DNA of 43,757 nucleotides from Octopus bimaculoides (Eukaryota), in contig NC_068999.1 in assembly GCF_001194135.2 (NCBI RefSeq), positions 20,064,176 through 20,107,932 on the forward strand. Reading direction: 5' to 3'. Each line of letters begins with the position of its first letter. The stretch's first letter is position 1. A program made the translations under genes and the position numbers. Positions 1 through 11,669 of this stretch are shown one piece after another. Under the pieces are notes generated by a model, which was not told where the DNA came from, ran no database searches, and saw only the letters and a program-made list of their open reading frames with translations.

Positions 1-80
1 AAGTCGAAAAGAAAAGAAAGAAAGAAAAGTGAAAAGAAAAAGGGAAGAAACGAGGAAGAGAGAAAGAAAGCAAAAAGACT
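1..80 (+). repeat. Purine-rich (GAAA/GAAAA)-type low-complexity tract
   Basis: aaaagaaaagaaagaaagaaaag... visible directly. Confidence 0.85.
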
Positions 81-199
81 TTCAGTTATGACCACACCTT
101 TTTTTTGTTTGAAGAGGTCACCATCCTTAACCCTTTCCAATACAATGATAAATGTCGAAATAAATAAATGAATGGTGCATAGGAAGGGGATCCTCTTTC

Positions 200-241
200 T
201 CTCTTTCTCTCTCTACCTACCTATCTATATATCTATCTGTA

Positions 242-297
<56 letters not shown>

Positions 298-340
298 CAT
301 CTATCTATCAACCCATCTACCTGCCTATATTTATATCTAT
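200..340 (+). repeat. (CTAT)n tetranucleotide microsatellite
   Basis: Long ctat run; explains the ORF at 172..405. Confidence 0.95.
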
Positions 341-554
341 ATATTTCCATTGTCATGGAATCGTACCACACAAAGAAGAAAATCAAACACGTTTTCCTCT
401 TTTAAACAACCCCGCCCAATATCTGTTTTATATAAATGAACAAGCTGTTTGTACATTCACAAAATTCTGTTTGAGAAGTTCGAGAGACAAATGAGAAGTA
501 AATAGACAGCCTTATAATCCTTAAAACTTATTAAAATCAAAAAATTATATATTC

Positions 555-966
555 AGGAGTGACTGTGTGGTAAGTAGCTAGCTTACCAACCACATGGTCC
601 CGGGTTCAGTCCCACTGCGTGGCATCTTGGGCAAGTGTCTTCTACTATAGCCTCGGGCCGACCAAAGCCTTGTGAGTGGATTTGGTAGACGGAAACTGAA
701 AGAAGCCCGTCGTATATATGTATATATATGTGTATGTGTGTGTATATGTTTGTATGTGTGTATTTCCCCCCAACATCGCTTGACAACCGATGCTGGTGTG
801 TTTATGTCCCCGTAACTTAGCGGTTCGGCAAAATAGATCGATAGAATAAGTACTAGGCTTCTAAAGAATGAGTCCTGGGGTCGATTTGCTCGACTAAAGG
901 CGGTGCTCCAGCATGGCCACAGTCAAAAGACTGAAACAAGTAAAACAGTAAAAGAGTAAAAGAGTA
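555..966 (+). mobile_element. tRNA-derived SINE type A (CORE-like segment, internal TA/TG microsatellite), near full length
   Basis: A-box-like gtgactgtgtgg, B-box-like ggttcagtccc, cttgggcaagtg CORE-like motif, (aaaagagt) tail; near-identical reverse-complement copies at 18188-18827 and 38383-38798. Confidence 0.92.
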
Positions 967-989
967 ATTGTTATAATGTGAATATTTAA

Positions 990-2077
990 TAGTTAGTAAA
1001 CATACTCTTTGTATCTAAGCATTTTTCAATGCAAGGACCTTATTAGGCATGTTACTGATTAGATGAGGAATATGCATTAATCTCAAAATATCTGGCTTTG
1101 AAGATGCTTTGTAGTTCTTTTTATGAAGTACTGTCCATTATATCCTAAAAGTGTTCAATAGGTTTCATATCTGGTAACTGGCTTGTTTATGGAAGCTTTT
1201 TATTGATATTCACATCCAACTAATCTCGGGTCATTTTAGCTGTGTGCGAAGGAGCCCCATCTTCCCTGAATAAAGAGTCTTCTTTAATTGTTTCAACACT
1301 GGAGATGATTGGAAGGAATCCTTTCTGCAGATTTATCTGAGTTTATGATTCCCTCACACTCCACCACCTCTGATCGGCAATTGCACCAAATTGCTCTCCA
1401 GACCATCGCAAAATAGCTGGCGTGTTTCATTGTTGGCTGTAGTCTTTTCTCTTTTAATTCTTGATCACAGAGTCTCCAGATCCACACTCGACCACTGTCA
1501 AGAAATACAGTAAATCTCAACTCATGGGAGTATATGACAGTGTCCCAAAATAGTAGTGGCCTTTCCACTATCTCACTGGCCCAATTTTTTCCCCCGCTTG
1601 ATGTTGGCTGGTCGAAGAAGTGACTTCTCTGCTATAGTAACCAAGTTTGTGGCGATATCTGACCCCTGTTCTGGGACCGACATCAACGTGTGCTGCTATG
1701 TCAGTGGCCATGCAATGACGATTATTGCGCATACTTCTCTTAGCAAAGGGAAGGATCTTGTAAGAGGACCCTGGTTGATCTCAGCGAGGTGATGTGGATT
1801 CCTTCCCCTCTCTGCTGAATGGCACAATCACACTATTAACTGTAGAAGGTGGGATCCCAAAGTTTTCTGCCATTTTACGCCGACTATGTCCACCTTCAGA
1901 ATGACTGACAATACGGCCTCTTTGAAAATCAGATAGTTCCAAGACTTCTTTTGTACATTATATGATTAAACAGTCACATATCGAATCTCAAACATAAATA
2001 TGTCAATTAATAGATAATATAAACCGTTACATGTTAGAATAAACGTAAAACGATATTTTATGGGGTGACTACGTCTG
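990..2077 (-). mobile_element. Decayed Tc1-family DNA transposon (transposase pseudogene)
   Basis: Minus-strand frames give [11 protein letters not shown]...GIPPSTVN (HTH), FWDTVIYSHELRF..GRVWIWR..LQPTMKH..AMVW, EDGAPSHTA, PDMKPIEH and LISNMPNKV, all typical Tc1 DD34E motifs, with frameshifts. Candidate 5' terminus CAGACGTAGTCACCCC at 2077; second TIR not found. Confidence 0.9.
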
Positions 2078-2084
2078 TCATATA

Positions 2085-2244
2085 TGTGTATATACGATGG
2101 GCTTCTTTCAGTTTCCGTCTGCCAAATCCACTCACAAGGCTTAATCGGCCCGGGGCTATAGTAGAAGGATCTTGACCAAGGTGGCACGCAGTGGGATTGA
2201 ACACGGAACCATGTGGTTTGAAGGAAGCGTCTTACAACACAATC
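2085..2244 (-). mobile_element. SINE type A, 5' half (diverged)
   Basis: gcttctttcagtttccgtctgccaaatccactcacaaggc...gcagtgggattgaac matches the reverse complement of 560-715. Confidence 0.9.
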
Positions 2245-2639
2245 GTATATATGTGTGTATAATAATAATAAATGGATGTTTTTGTCTTGCTATTATATCT
2301 TTTATTATGAAACTCTCTAAAGAGAAATATATGAGGAACCCCAACAGCTCTTTCTTCTTTGTGAAAGGCCTCTCATTTATTTTGAAACATGTGTAGGGAT
2401 TAAAGGAACTTTTATTGACATGCGTTTTGCTCCATTCATTATTATTATCCATATCTTCTCAAGACGTATCACTTTAAATTGGTATCTCTACCTGTAAAAC
2501 GGCTGTGATATCTTGTTTTTTAGTGTAATTTTGCTACCACTGGTAACTATTATCAAAGGTTTTAATAACTGAGATAATATTAATATATACATAAACTAAT
2601 ATATATATATGTATATGTATATATATTATACATATATAT

Positions 2640-3344
2640 NNNNNNNNNNNNNNNNNNNNNNNNNNNNNNNNNNNNNNNNNNNNNNNNNNNNNNNNNNNNN
2701 NNNNNNNNNNNNNNNNNNNNNNNNNNNNNNNNNNNNNNNNNNNNNNNNNNNNNNNNNNNNNNNNNNNNNNNNNNNNNNNNNNNNNNNNNNNNNNNNNNNN
2801 NNNNNNNNNNNNNNNNNNNNNNNNNNNNNNNNNNNNNNNNNNNNNNNNNNNNNNNNNNNNNNNNNNNNNNNNNNNNNNNNNNNNNNNNNNNNNNNNNNNN
2901 NNNNNNNNNNNNNNNNNNNNNNNNNNNNNNNNNNNNNNNNNNNNNNNNNNNNNNNNNNNNNNNNNNNNNNNNNNNNNNNNNNNNNNNNNNNNNNNNNNNN
3001 NNNNNNNNNNNNNNNNNNNNNNNNNNNNNNNNNNNNNNNNNNNNNNNNNNNNNNNNNNNNNNNNNNNNNNNNNNNNNNNNNNNNNNNNNNNNNNNNNNNN
3101 NNNNNNNNNNNNNNNNNNNNNNNNNNNNNNNNNNNNNNNNNNNNNNNNNNNNNNNNNNNNNNNNNNNNNNNNNNNNNNNNNNNNNNNNNNNNNNNNNNNN
3201 NNNNNNNNNNNNNNNNNNNNNNNNNNNNNNNNNNNNNNNNNNNNNNNNNNNNNNNNNNNNNNNNNNNNNNNNNNNNNNNNNNNNNNNNNNNNNNNNNNNN
3301 NNNNNNNNNNNNNNNNNNNNNNNNNNNNNNNNNNNNNNNNNNNN
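2640..3344. other. Assembly gap (N run) flanked by (TA)n
   Basis: N run. Other gaps at about 6999-7647, 8570-9120, 18414-18650, 20184-20590, 22151-22532, 27728-28050 and 42491-42650. Confidence 0.99.
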
Positions 3345-3376
<32 letters not shown>

Positions 3377-4455
3377 TCACTCACACATACACGCAAGTAC
3401 ATATAAATGAGAGGAATAACATGGGTGTGAATTTGGCACACCTTTATTTATCTGTTAGATATGTTTCTGTATTCGGTGATTAATAATCATAACATAACGA
3501 TAAATTAAATTAGTACAAGGTATTTATGAATACAGTTCGCATAATCAAACCGATTAGGTTTTCGGACAATATTACTTCTTTCAATCATTATTTATATGCT
3601 TTTTGTTTTACCACTTAGGCTATTTCTGATTTTATAGAGCCTTATGTGTTCATGTAACAGTTTGACGTGGTTTTAATAACGGCTGCTACCTAAACAGGAA
3701 ACCTGCAGCCCACTAAACGCAACCATTTCTATGTACAGGAAGGTATGCGTGTGTCTCAGTGTGTAGCCACATACGCACGCACACATACGAACACACATGC
3801 AGATATATGTCTGTACACGCTTTCAATTAGTGGCTTTTAACGTGTGTTTTTTTTTAACATGACAAAAACTTATGAGCTGTGCATGTGTGTGTGTGCATGT
3901 ATGTGTTTGACATAGGTTTCTGTCGTGTTATGCGAGACACAAAATCACATGTTTAAACGCTATTAATTGTTTGTAAAACGGTACACACTTTGTAATCTTG
4001 TATACGGTATATTCAAACTCAATGTAAGCAAAAATGTTGACGCACAATAATTATAAACTTCATGGCAACTTTCAGCAATAAATATATACGAAGCCGGGCG
4101 TTTCAATTTTAATTTTTGAAAATTCTTCTTTCATCTTGTTTTTGAATTCAAACATTCCTAAAGAGATCTTATTTCCTAATTGCTTTTATAACAGTTAACC
4201 AACATTCTGAAAATCAGTGCTTTCTATATGTTGACACAAACGCATGGGTCATAAACCCGTTATTTACGACTGTTAGAAAGACACGCAACACTAAATTAGA
4301 TATAGAATAAATTTAACGTGTAATGTCTCATACAAATCTAGAATGGTTGGAACGCTTTATGTCAGTCTGGAACCTAGCACCTAAAATATTTCTGACATTA
4401 AACTTTTGAGAACATCAGTTTTGAGCAAAACCGTCTACATTAAATTTAATATTGT

Positions 4456-4710
4456 TCTTAGTTTTCTTCTTCTTCTTCTTCTTCTTCTTCTTCTTCTTCT
4501 TCTTCTTCTTCTTCTTCTTCTTCTTCTTCTTCTTCTTCTTCTTCTTCTTCTTCTTCTTCTTCTTCTTCTTCTTCTTCTTCTTCTCCCCTCCCCTCTTCAT
4601 CCTCCTCCTCCTCCACCTCCTCCTTCGTCTTCTTCTTCTTCTTCTTCTGTTATTGTTGTTGTTGCTCTTACTGCTGTTGTTGTTACTATCATTATTATTA
4701 TTATTATTAC

Positions 4711-4750
<40 letters not shown>
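4456..4750 (+). repeat. Compound trinucleotide microsatellite (CTT)n-(CCT)n-(GTT)n-(TTA)n
   Basis: Directly visible; source of the poly-L/F/K/N ORFs. Confidence 0.97.
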
Positions 4751-4751
<1 letters not shown>

Positions 4752-4972
4752 TTGCTGCGGAGTACACCGGACATGTCTCCAAACGTTCTAAACCAGTCCT
4801 CTTGAAAATATTTATTGACACCCGTTTGGTGCCGAGTTTTCGGTTTACATTTTTACATTTTGTTCCAAGTTGTTAATAGAAACAATACGAACTTGTCACT
4901 GAGTTTCTTTGTTTTTTGGCCCCTCGCGGGGCTATATTCATCCAAATAAGTTCGGCGGGCGTTTAATCATAT

Positions 4973-5945
4973 ATGACTCAACAAGATGAAAGAGCTAACA
5001 AAAAACTGCTCCTCCCGTAGTTCTAGTGGCTGCTGAAAATTTATATCCCCTTCCCGTTGTTATTGGAAACAATACGGGAGACAAGGAGGAGAAACGCAGG
5101 GAGAAAATGTACAAGTTCACCTCGCAGTAGCAGCAGCAGCAACGTCAATAACACCAGTGGTAGCAGGAACAGCAACTGCACCAGCAGAGACAGCTGCAGT
5201 AGCAGCAGCAATGACAGCAGCATCATCAGTAGTAGGAGTGGTAGGAGCAACAACGCGAGAAACAGAAACAGCAGCAGTAACAACAACAACAATGACGACG
5301 ACAACGACAAAATAAACAAAAACAAAAGTTTTGCTGATGTAGCGAACACACAGAAAGAAATGTTTGCCATCGTAATCGATGGGAAAACACGTGAACTCAT
5401 AAAAGCGAAAAATATTATTAAATTTAAGAGGAGTAAGGCAGGAATGCTTGCACTTCCCAAAATAGAAGAGGCAAAAGTAGGAGAGCAGAAATAACTTCCA
5501 TCAGTCACGTTGAGAAGGCCCTAAAAGCAAATTTAATAGATGTGGCCCACATAGAGAGGAAGACAGTTTAAAAGTGAGGACTTCACTCGAAGACACGCAG
5601 TGTCACCCTAGGGGATTGGGTTGGTCCTGTATCCCAACTAACTCTCAAAGAGAAGGATCAGAATTAGAATAACGGGTGCAACACCGGGTGTAAACGTTTG
5701 GTGGATTGTCGCTGTGTGGTACAGAGTCACTCCTGGGGGTAAAAAGGAGCAGCAGGGAAAAGTGTTTCGGGAATAACTTGGAAATATTAATCCATGTAAA
5801 GCCAGTGAGAAGACACTGGACCTGATCCAGCTGCCCAGCGGGGTGAAACTGTGCGTCGTTATATAAGTGAGGGAGCCCAGATACGACATCAGTGGGGCCT
5901 CAGGGCACCTGAAAGCCTTATACCTCCACAAGTTGTGAACAACTA
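4973..5945 (+). pseudogene. LINE ORF1-like (gag-like) remnant with degenerate CCHC zinc knuckle
   Basis: KSFADVA motif; LPSGVKLCVVI*VREPRYDISGASGHLKA resembles ..RKPRC..CG..GH.K..C; stops and frameshifts. Confidence 0.65.
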
Positions 5946-6429
5946 GGCCACACCTGCAGCCTGCAAAGTAAACCTTAACAACAGCAACAGGAACAAAAAG
6001 ACCGTTTGATAAAACTGTAGCCTCATCTCCCAGGACAGAGGCACGTGAACAATGGGTATCTGACAAACGAAACCCCTTTAATCGCCTCCCTCAAACATAC
6101 TATCACACAAACACGCTCACACAATCACAGATACACTCACACTCCCCGAGGCAGACCTTACAGATTCTAGTCCCTCCTCATCGCGTAGTGAAGAGAGGAA
6201 GAACCTTACAAAGCAAAGAAACGTAAAACACAAAGGTAAAAGAAAACAGAGATACCTACACCAATACATGAAAGCACAGCAACCCCAGCACATCGAACAG
6301 TGATACAGCAATAACAACACCAGAACCACCATCCCTATAACTACCACTACCCCAACCATATCCACCAATATACTCACAACCACACGTAGCCCCCGAAAGA
6401 AAGCTCACAATCACCAATATGGAAACACC

Positions 6430-6998
6430 CAATTAAGTGCTCGTCAGACAGACCTATCCAAAACAGCATCCAACTCACGCGCTGGATCATAAGGAGGGTG
6501 GGTAAGAGAGTGGCATGGATGGGGCCCTGATCAATTTGTATCAATCGGAGGCTTTTGGTAGGGTCGACCATCAATACTTGGCGGCTGTTCTCGTGGCAGC
6601 GGGTTTCGGTCCCGTTTTCAAGGGCTGCAATGTACAGCGATATCTGTTCGGTAGTCAATGTAAATGACCACCTATCGGAATCGTTTAGCATCGCTCGCTC
6701 GGTCCGTCACGGATGCTTCTCTCTCCTCTTTTGTACGAACTGGCTCCCGAGCTATTGCTGCAGAAGCTGTATGTTTCGAGGGCCATCCCGCATGATCTTG
6801 GAGCAGGTAGTTTCGTGTCGACTTACTCGGATGACGTCACCGTAATCGTGTCGGACATCACGGAAATCGAGTTGGTCGACACTACACTAAGGGAGTACGA
6901 AGACAGGAGCAAAGATCAACCAGGAGAAGTCGGTGGACTTACAACTCAGCACCTGGAGAGGCAGGTCCATGCCAACTGACTGCGTTGTAGGGCGCTGG
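6430..6998 (+). pseudogene. Tx1/L1-type reverse transcriptase fragment
   Basis: GALINLYQSEAFGRVDHQYLAAVL, SVRHGC/LSPLLY, STYSDDVTVIV (YxDD), KINQEKS; frameshifted. Confidence 0.92.
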
Positions 6999-7647
6999 NN
7001 NNNNNNNNNNNNNNNNNNNNNNNNNNNNNNNNNNNNNNNNNNNNNNNNNNNNNNNNNNNNNNNNNNNNNNNNNNNNNNNNNNNNNNNNNNNNNNNNNNNN
7101 NNNNNNNNNNNNNNNNNNNNNNNNNNNNNNNNNNNNNNNNNNNNNNNNNNNNNNNNNNNNNNNNNNNNNNNNNNNNNNNNNNNNNNNNNNNNNNNNNNNN
7201 NNNNNNNNNNNNNNNNNNNNNNNNNNNNNNNNNNNNNNNNNNNNNNNNNNNNNNNNNNNNNNNNNNNNNNNNNNNNNNNNNNNNNNNNNNNNNNNNNNNN
7301 NNNNNNNNNNNNNNNNNNNNNNNNNNNNNNNNNNNNNNNNNNNNNNNNNNNNNNNNNNNNNNNNNNNNNNNNNNNNNNNNNNNNNNNNNNNNNNNNNNNN
7401 NNNNNNNNNNNNNNNNNNNNNNNNNNNNNNNNNNNNNNNNNNNNNNNNNNNNNNNNNNNNNNNNNNNNNNNNNNNNNNNNNNNNNNNNNNNNNNNNNNNN
7501 NNNNNNNNNNNNNNNNNNNNNNNNNNNNNNNNNNNNNNNNNNNNNNNNNNNNNNNNNNNNNNNNNNNNNNNNNNNNNNNNNNNNNNNNNNNNNNNNNNNN
7601 NNNNNNNNNNNNNNNNNNNNNNNNNNNNNNNNNNNNNNNNNNNNNNN

Positions 7648-8100
7648 CTCGTGGAAACTCTGGACGTCGGGAGTGATCAACTAACAGGTCTCTCTCTTCC
7701 GGGGTGAGGCCTATAGATAACGTTCAGAAATTCCTAGACTCGCAGTGCTACCGGGAAGCTCTGCCGGTTCGCGACAAGCTCTACAAACACGGAAGTGCTA
7801 CCAGACGGACCTGTCCGAGGTGTGCGCCGGGCGTTGAACCCGTCCTGCATGCACTCACCCAGTCTCCGTGCATTCTTGACTTATGAAGCTTTGTCGAACA
7901 GCAGATGTCTCGCGTACGACGGATCCGCTTAATAGCCGAGTCCATTGCAAGGATCTCTGCGCAACCTACTTTTGGTCCGGTGGGAAAAAACACTATTCTT
8001 CTGCCTATTGGCTTTAACGAAAGAGATAGTGTGGAGGGCGAAACTGAAAGCACTGAAGACAGACACTTTCTTCTTCAGCTGAGTTCTCGTCCCCTGCTGG
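7648..8100 (+). pseudogene. C-terminal zinc-finger (zf-RVT-like) region of the Tx1/L1 ORF2
   Basis: REALPVRDKLYKHGS..RTCPRC....EPVLHALTQSP resembles CPRC...ET..H...C. Confidence 0.8.
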
Positions 8101-8308
8101 GGAATTTTGTTGTTAGGTTTGTTTTTTTTGTTAACTGCTTTTGCTTTTTATTGTTTACACGTTTTCTATTTAAACCCCATTTGTCCCTTGTTTTGTATGT
8201 CCCTATATGTTTTGTATTCGGTCTTTGTAACCAATAAAAAAATGTATATTATTAATAATGTTGTTGTTCTTGTTATTATTATTATTTTCCTTCTTCTTAT
8301 TATTATTG

Positions 8309-8569
8309 TTCAGTAGTTTTATTTTTATAACGTGCTTTCACTTCACTACCGAGCGCAGCTCTGTGCGCCTTGGGTATGTGCTGTGGTTTGCTGTGGTGCT
8401 CTTATGTTTACTGTATTGAAAGTGTTTTGCGTAGAATGTGTGCAATACCCAGTAGTGCAATTTTCTGTATGTTATATATATTTGTAAATCCTGGTATTTT
8501 TGTTATGTATTTGTCTGAATATTTTTTTATTATACCTACTATGATAGGAATTGTTTCTGTTTTTAGATT
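8309..8569 (-). mobile_element. R4/Dong-like (RLE) LINE 3' end, family 1
   Basis: Minus strand NLKTETIPIIVGIIKKYSDKYITKIPG..NIQKIALLGIAHILRKTLSIQ* (stop at 8408), short 3' UTR, then a TAA-type tail; the same terminus recurs at 43738-43757. Confidence 0.8.
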
Positions 8570-9120
8570 NNNNNNNNNNNNNNNNNNNNNNNNNNNNNNN
8601 NNNNNNNNNNNNNNNNNNNNNNNNNNNNNNNNNNNNNNNNNNNNNNNNNNNNNNNNNNNNNNNNNNNNNNNNNNNNNNNNNNNNNNNNNNNNNNNNNNNN
8701 NNNNNNNNNNNNNNNNNNNNNNNNNNNNNNNNNNNNNNNNNNNNNNNNNNNNNNNNNNNNNNNNNNNNNNNNNNNNNNNNNNNNNNNNNNNNNNNNNNNN
8801 NNNNNNNNNNNNNNNNNNNNNNNNNNNNNNNNNNNNNNNNNNNNNNNNNNNNNNNNNNNNNNNNNNNNNNNNNNNNNNNNNNNNNNNNNNNNNNNNNNNN
8901 NNNNNNNNNNNNNNNNNNNNNNNNNNNNNNNNNNNNNNNNNNNNNNNNNNNNNNNNNNNNNNNNNNNNNNNNNNNNNNNNNNNNNNNNNNNNNNNNNNNN
9001 NNNNNNNNNNNNNNNNNNNNNNNNNNNNNNNNNNNNNNNNNNNNNNNNNNNNNNNNNNNNNNNNNNNNNNNNNNNNNNNNNNNNNNNNNNNNNNNNNNNN
9101 NNNNNNNNNNNNNNNNNNNN

Positions 9121-9126
9121 AGATAA

Positions 9127-9199
<73 letters not shown>

Positions 9200-9293
9200 G
9201 TTATTATTATTATTATTATTATTACTATTATTATTATTATCAGCTTCACAATTATTGTTATCATCACCATCATCATCGTCGTCGTCGTCGTCG

Positions 9294-9326
<33 letters not shown>

Positions 9327-9365
9327 CCATCATTATCATTAACATCATTATTATAATTATTATTA
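9121..9365 (+). repeat. (TTA)n-(CAT/CGT)n compound microsatellite
   Basis: Directly visible. Confidence 0.97.
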
Positions 9366-10085
9366 TTTTGTATGAAACCTCACAGTTTATTTTGTTGTGT
9401 GTGATGGAAACTATCAGCTGTCCAAAGTCAGCACACTAAGGAGACACTTGTTGACTGGTCATACTTCGAGAAACCTGCGAAGAATTTTTGCAGTTCCAAG
9501 CAAAACTGATTCCTGTAAGTGTTTTACCCTCACTCTTCCATCAATCTTTTTCAGCCATGTTGGAAGTCGAATGCTGAAAGTTCCAAGTGCACCAATTACT
9601 ATTGGTATCGAGTCTACTCTCTTCATTGACCAAAGCCTTTGTATTTCCCACTTCAAATCGTCATAGTTGTTTTTTTTTCTTTTTCTTTCACACTGTACTT
9701 GTTGTCATCGGGGCATGCTATGTCGATTATCATACATGTTCTTTCTTTTGTTATTCACCACAACAATGTCCGGTCTCCGACGTCTGGTAGGGTGATCGGT
9801 CTTGATCATTGCATCCCACAGGATATTGCATCTCTCATTTCCGGTGAATCCTTCTGGAGTTTTCTCATACCACTTGTCTGCTCTGTGTAGGCCTTGGTTT
9901 CCACATAGCACCGAATGGGTCATTCTTGCCACAACGTCAATATTGGCTTTCAAGCCAATATTTTTGTCATTCGCCGCAGGTACTCTCGTGTTGTCTTTTC
10001 CTCCTTGTTGTGGTGTTTGATTCCATCTGCCTCAATTATTCCCAGGTAGTTATATGCGGACTGAGGCTGAATTTCCTGGAATTGC
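9366..10085 (-). mobile_element. R4/Dong-like (RLE) LINE fragment, family 2, internally deleted
   Basis: AYNYLGIIEADGIKH..KTTREYLRR, then VARMTHSVLC, ILWD..IKTDHP.RRRRPDIVVV, IIDIACPDD, IPIVIGALG, ESVLLGTAKILRRFLEV* (restriction-like endonuclease); (TAA)n on both sides. Confidence 0.88.
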
Positions 10086-10245
<160 letters not shown>

Positions 10246-10329
10246 GAGTTCTTAATTTGTGTATACAAAAGTTAAGAACTCATCTATCTATCTATTACAT
10301 TTCTGCTGAGTTTCCGGTCCTCTCTATAA

Positions 10330-10495
10330 ACTATTATTATTAGTAGTAGTATTATTTTTTTTTTATTGTTGTTGTTGTTGATGTTGTTCTAGTTGTTGTT
10401 ATCATCATCATCATCATCATCATTATCATCATCATCATCATCATCATTATTATTATTATTATTTTCATCATCATCATCATTATTTTTATTATCAG
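10330..10495 (+). repeat. Mixed (TAG)/(TTG)/(ATC)/(TTA) trinucleotide tract
   Basis: Directly visible. Confidence 0.9.
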
Positions 10496-11053
10496 TGGTT
10501 ATCTCATTTTATATCTTTTTTCCTATTCCGCTAATATTTCAGCGAAGCCATAAAAACGGAATATTAGTATAGCTTCAAATTTTAAAACATTGATCATATA
10601 TTTACTGTCGGAATATTCTATGCAATAAAATATATTTTAAATGTTGTACATATAACATCATATTATGTGATAATATCTGAAATATAAACTGGTTACTGTG
10701 TTTTGTTTATGGCTAGTTCGTGGTATGTTGATTGTTATTACAATATATTTAGGTTGCTATTGGCATTTCAAAATATAACTAGTTTGGTGATATATATTAA
10801 TTGAAGGAAACAAATTTGTATTTAATAAATTACTTAATGTCTTACTTAATGAACTTCACAAAGTTTAATGTCATTGGTGTACCGAACGAAAATAATAAAA
10901 AATAATGAGAATTTCCGTTGAATATTCCACAAATTACAAGGAGGAAAAAAAATTCGCTACTTTGTAATTACCAGAATGATAAATATGACGGTTTATTTCA
11001 CGTTTCAGTATGTGTATGCCTAAGCGTTTATACAGTTTTGCTTGAATATATAA

Positions 11054-11054
<1 letters not shown>

Positions 11055-11122
<68 letters not shown>

Positions 11123-11135
11123 ATGTATATATTAG
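11055..11135 (+). repeat. (TA)n(TG)n microsatellite
   Basis: Directly visible; similar tracts at 11600-11660, 13890-13950 and 20870-20945. Confidence 0.95.
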
Positions 11136-11669
11136 TATAATATGTATAGATATATATGTAGGTATGTATATGATTATATATACAACAACTCATTTGTACT
11201 GAATGGCATTTGATATTTAAAACAAATATCAAGATTATTTAATAATCCAAGTTCGTTTGGTTCTTTAAATTATAATTTAAACAGACGCAAGTCGACGTTG
11301 ATGTTTGAAGCAATATTATGGAAATATTTGTATAATGAATTGTACCATTTACAGGAATTCTTCTTATATATTGAATTATTGTTACTCAAATCGTGAATAT
11401 TTAAATTGATAAAGAAATTATACAGGCTATTTCCATTCATTGCACATAAATATTGAAATTGTCTGAGTATTTAATGTGGAATAAATAATAATTGTGTCGA
11501 CCGCCTTGAAATTCACTTTCTGGAGGTCTCCATACGTTATTCAGTGATTACCTCTATTGATTAGACTGCAATGAAGCTGGTTCAATCTGTATACATGTAC
11601 ATATATATGTATATGTATATGTACACGTACACACACACACACACACAAATACAACACACGCCTACATAC

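Larger units (their letters stand above)
4750..8242 (+). mobile_element. Tx1/L1-clade non-LTR retrotransposon remnant (ORF1 + RT + C-terminal zinc finger + AATAAA/polyA end), endonuclease region absent
   Basis: See the three sub-features; 3' end aataaaaaaa at 8233-8242. The 5' boundary is approximate. Confidence 0.75.

Noticed and set aside
583-786. Recurrent similar ORFs (…LLSVSVYQIHSQGFGRPEAIVEDTCPR…) at 583, 18360 and 38572 suggesting a gene family
   Set aside because: Antisense reading frames of SINE type A copies
2534-3441. Long ORFs of 120-330 aa here and at 6933-7680, 8370-9356, 18175-18791, 20130-20722, 21835-22614, 27603-28227 and 42464-42784
   Set aside because: They are open only because they span N runs
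4406-4876. Poly-Leu/Phe/Lys/Asn/Ile ORFs, also at 36278-36669, 41177-42061 and the YIYI/CVCV ORFs
   Set aside because: Translations of microsatellites
5057-5494. 145-aa Ser/Asn-rich ORF as a host gene
   Set aside because: It lies within the degenerate LINE ORF1 region and is inflated by AGC/AAC repeats
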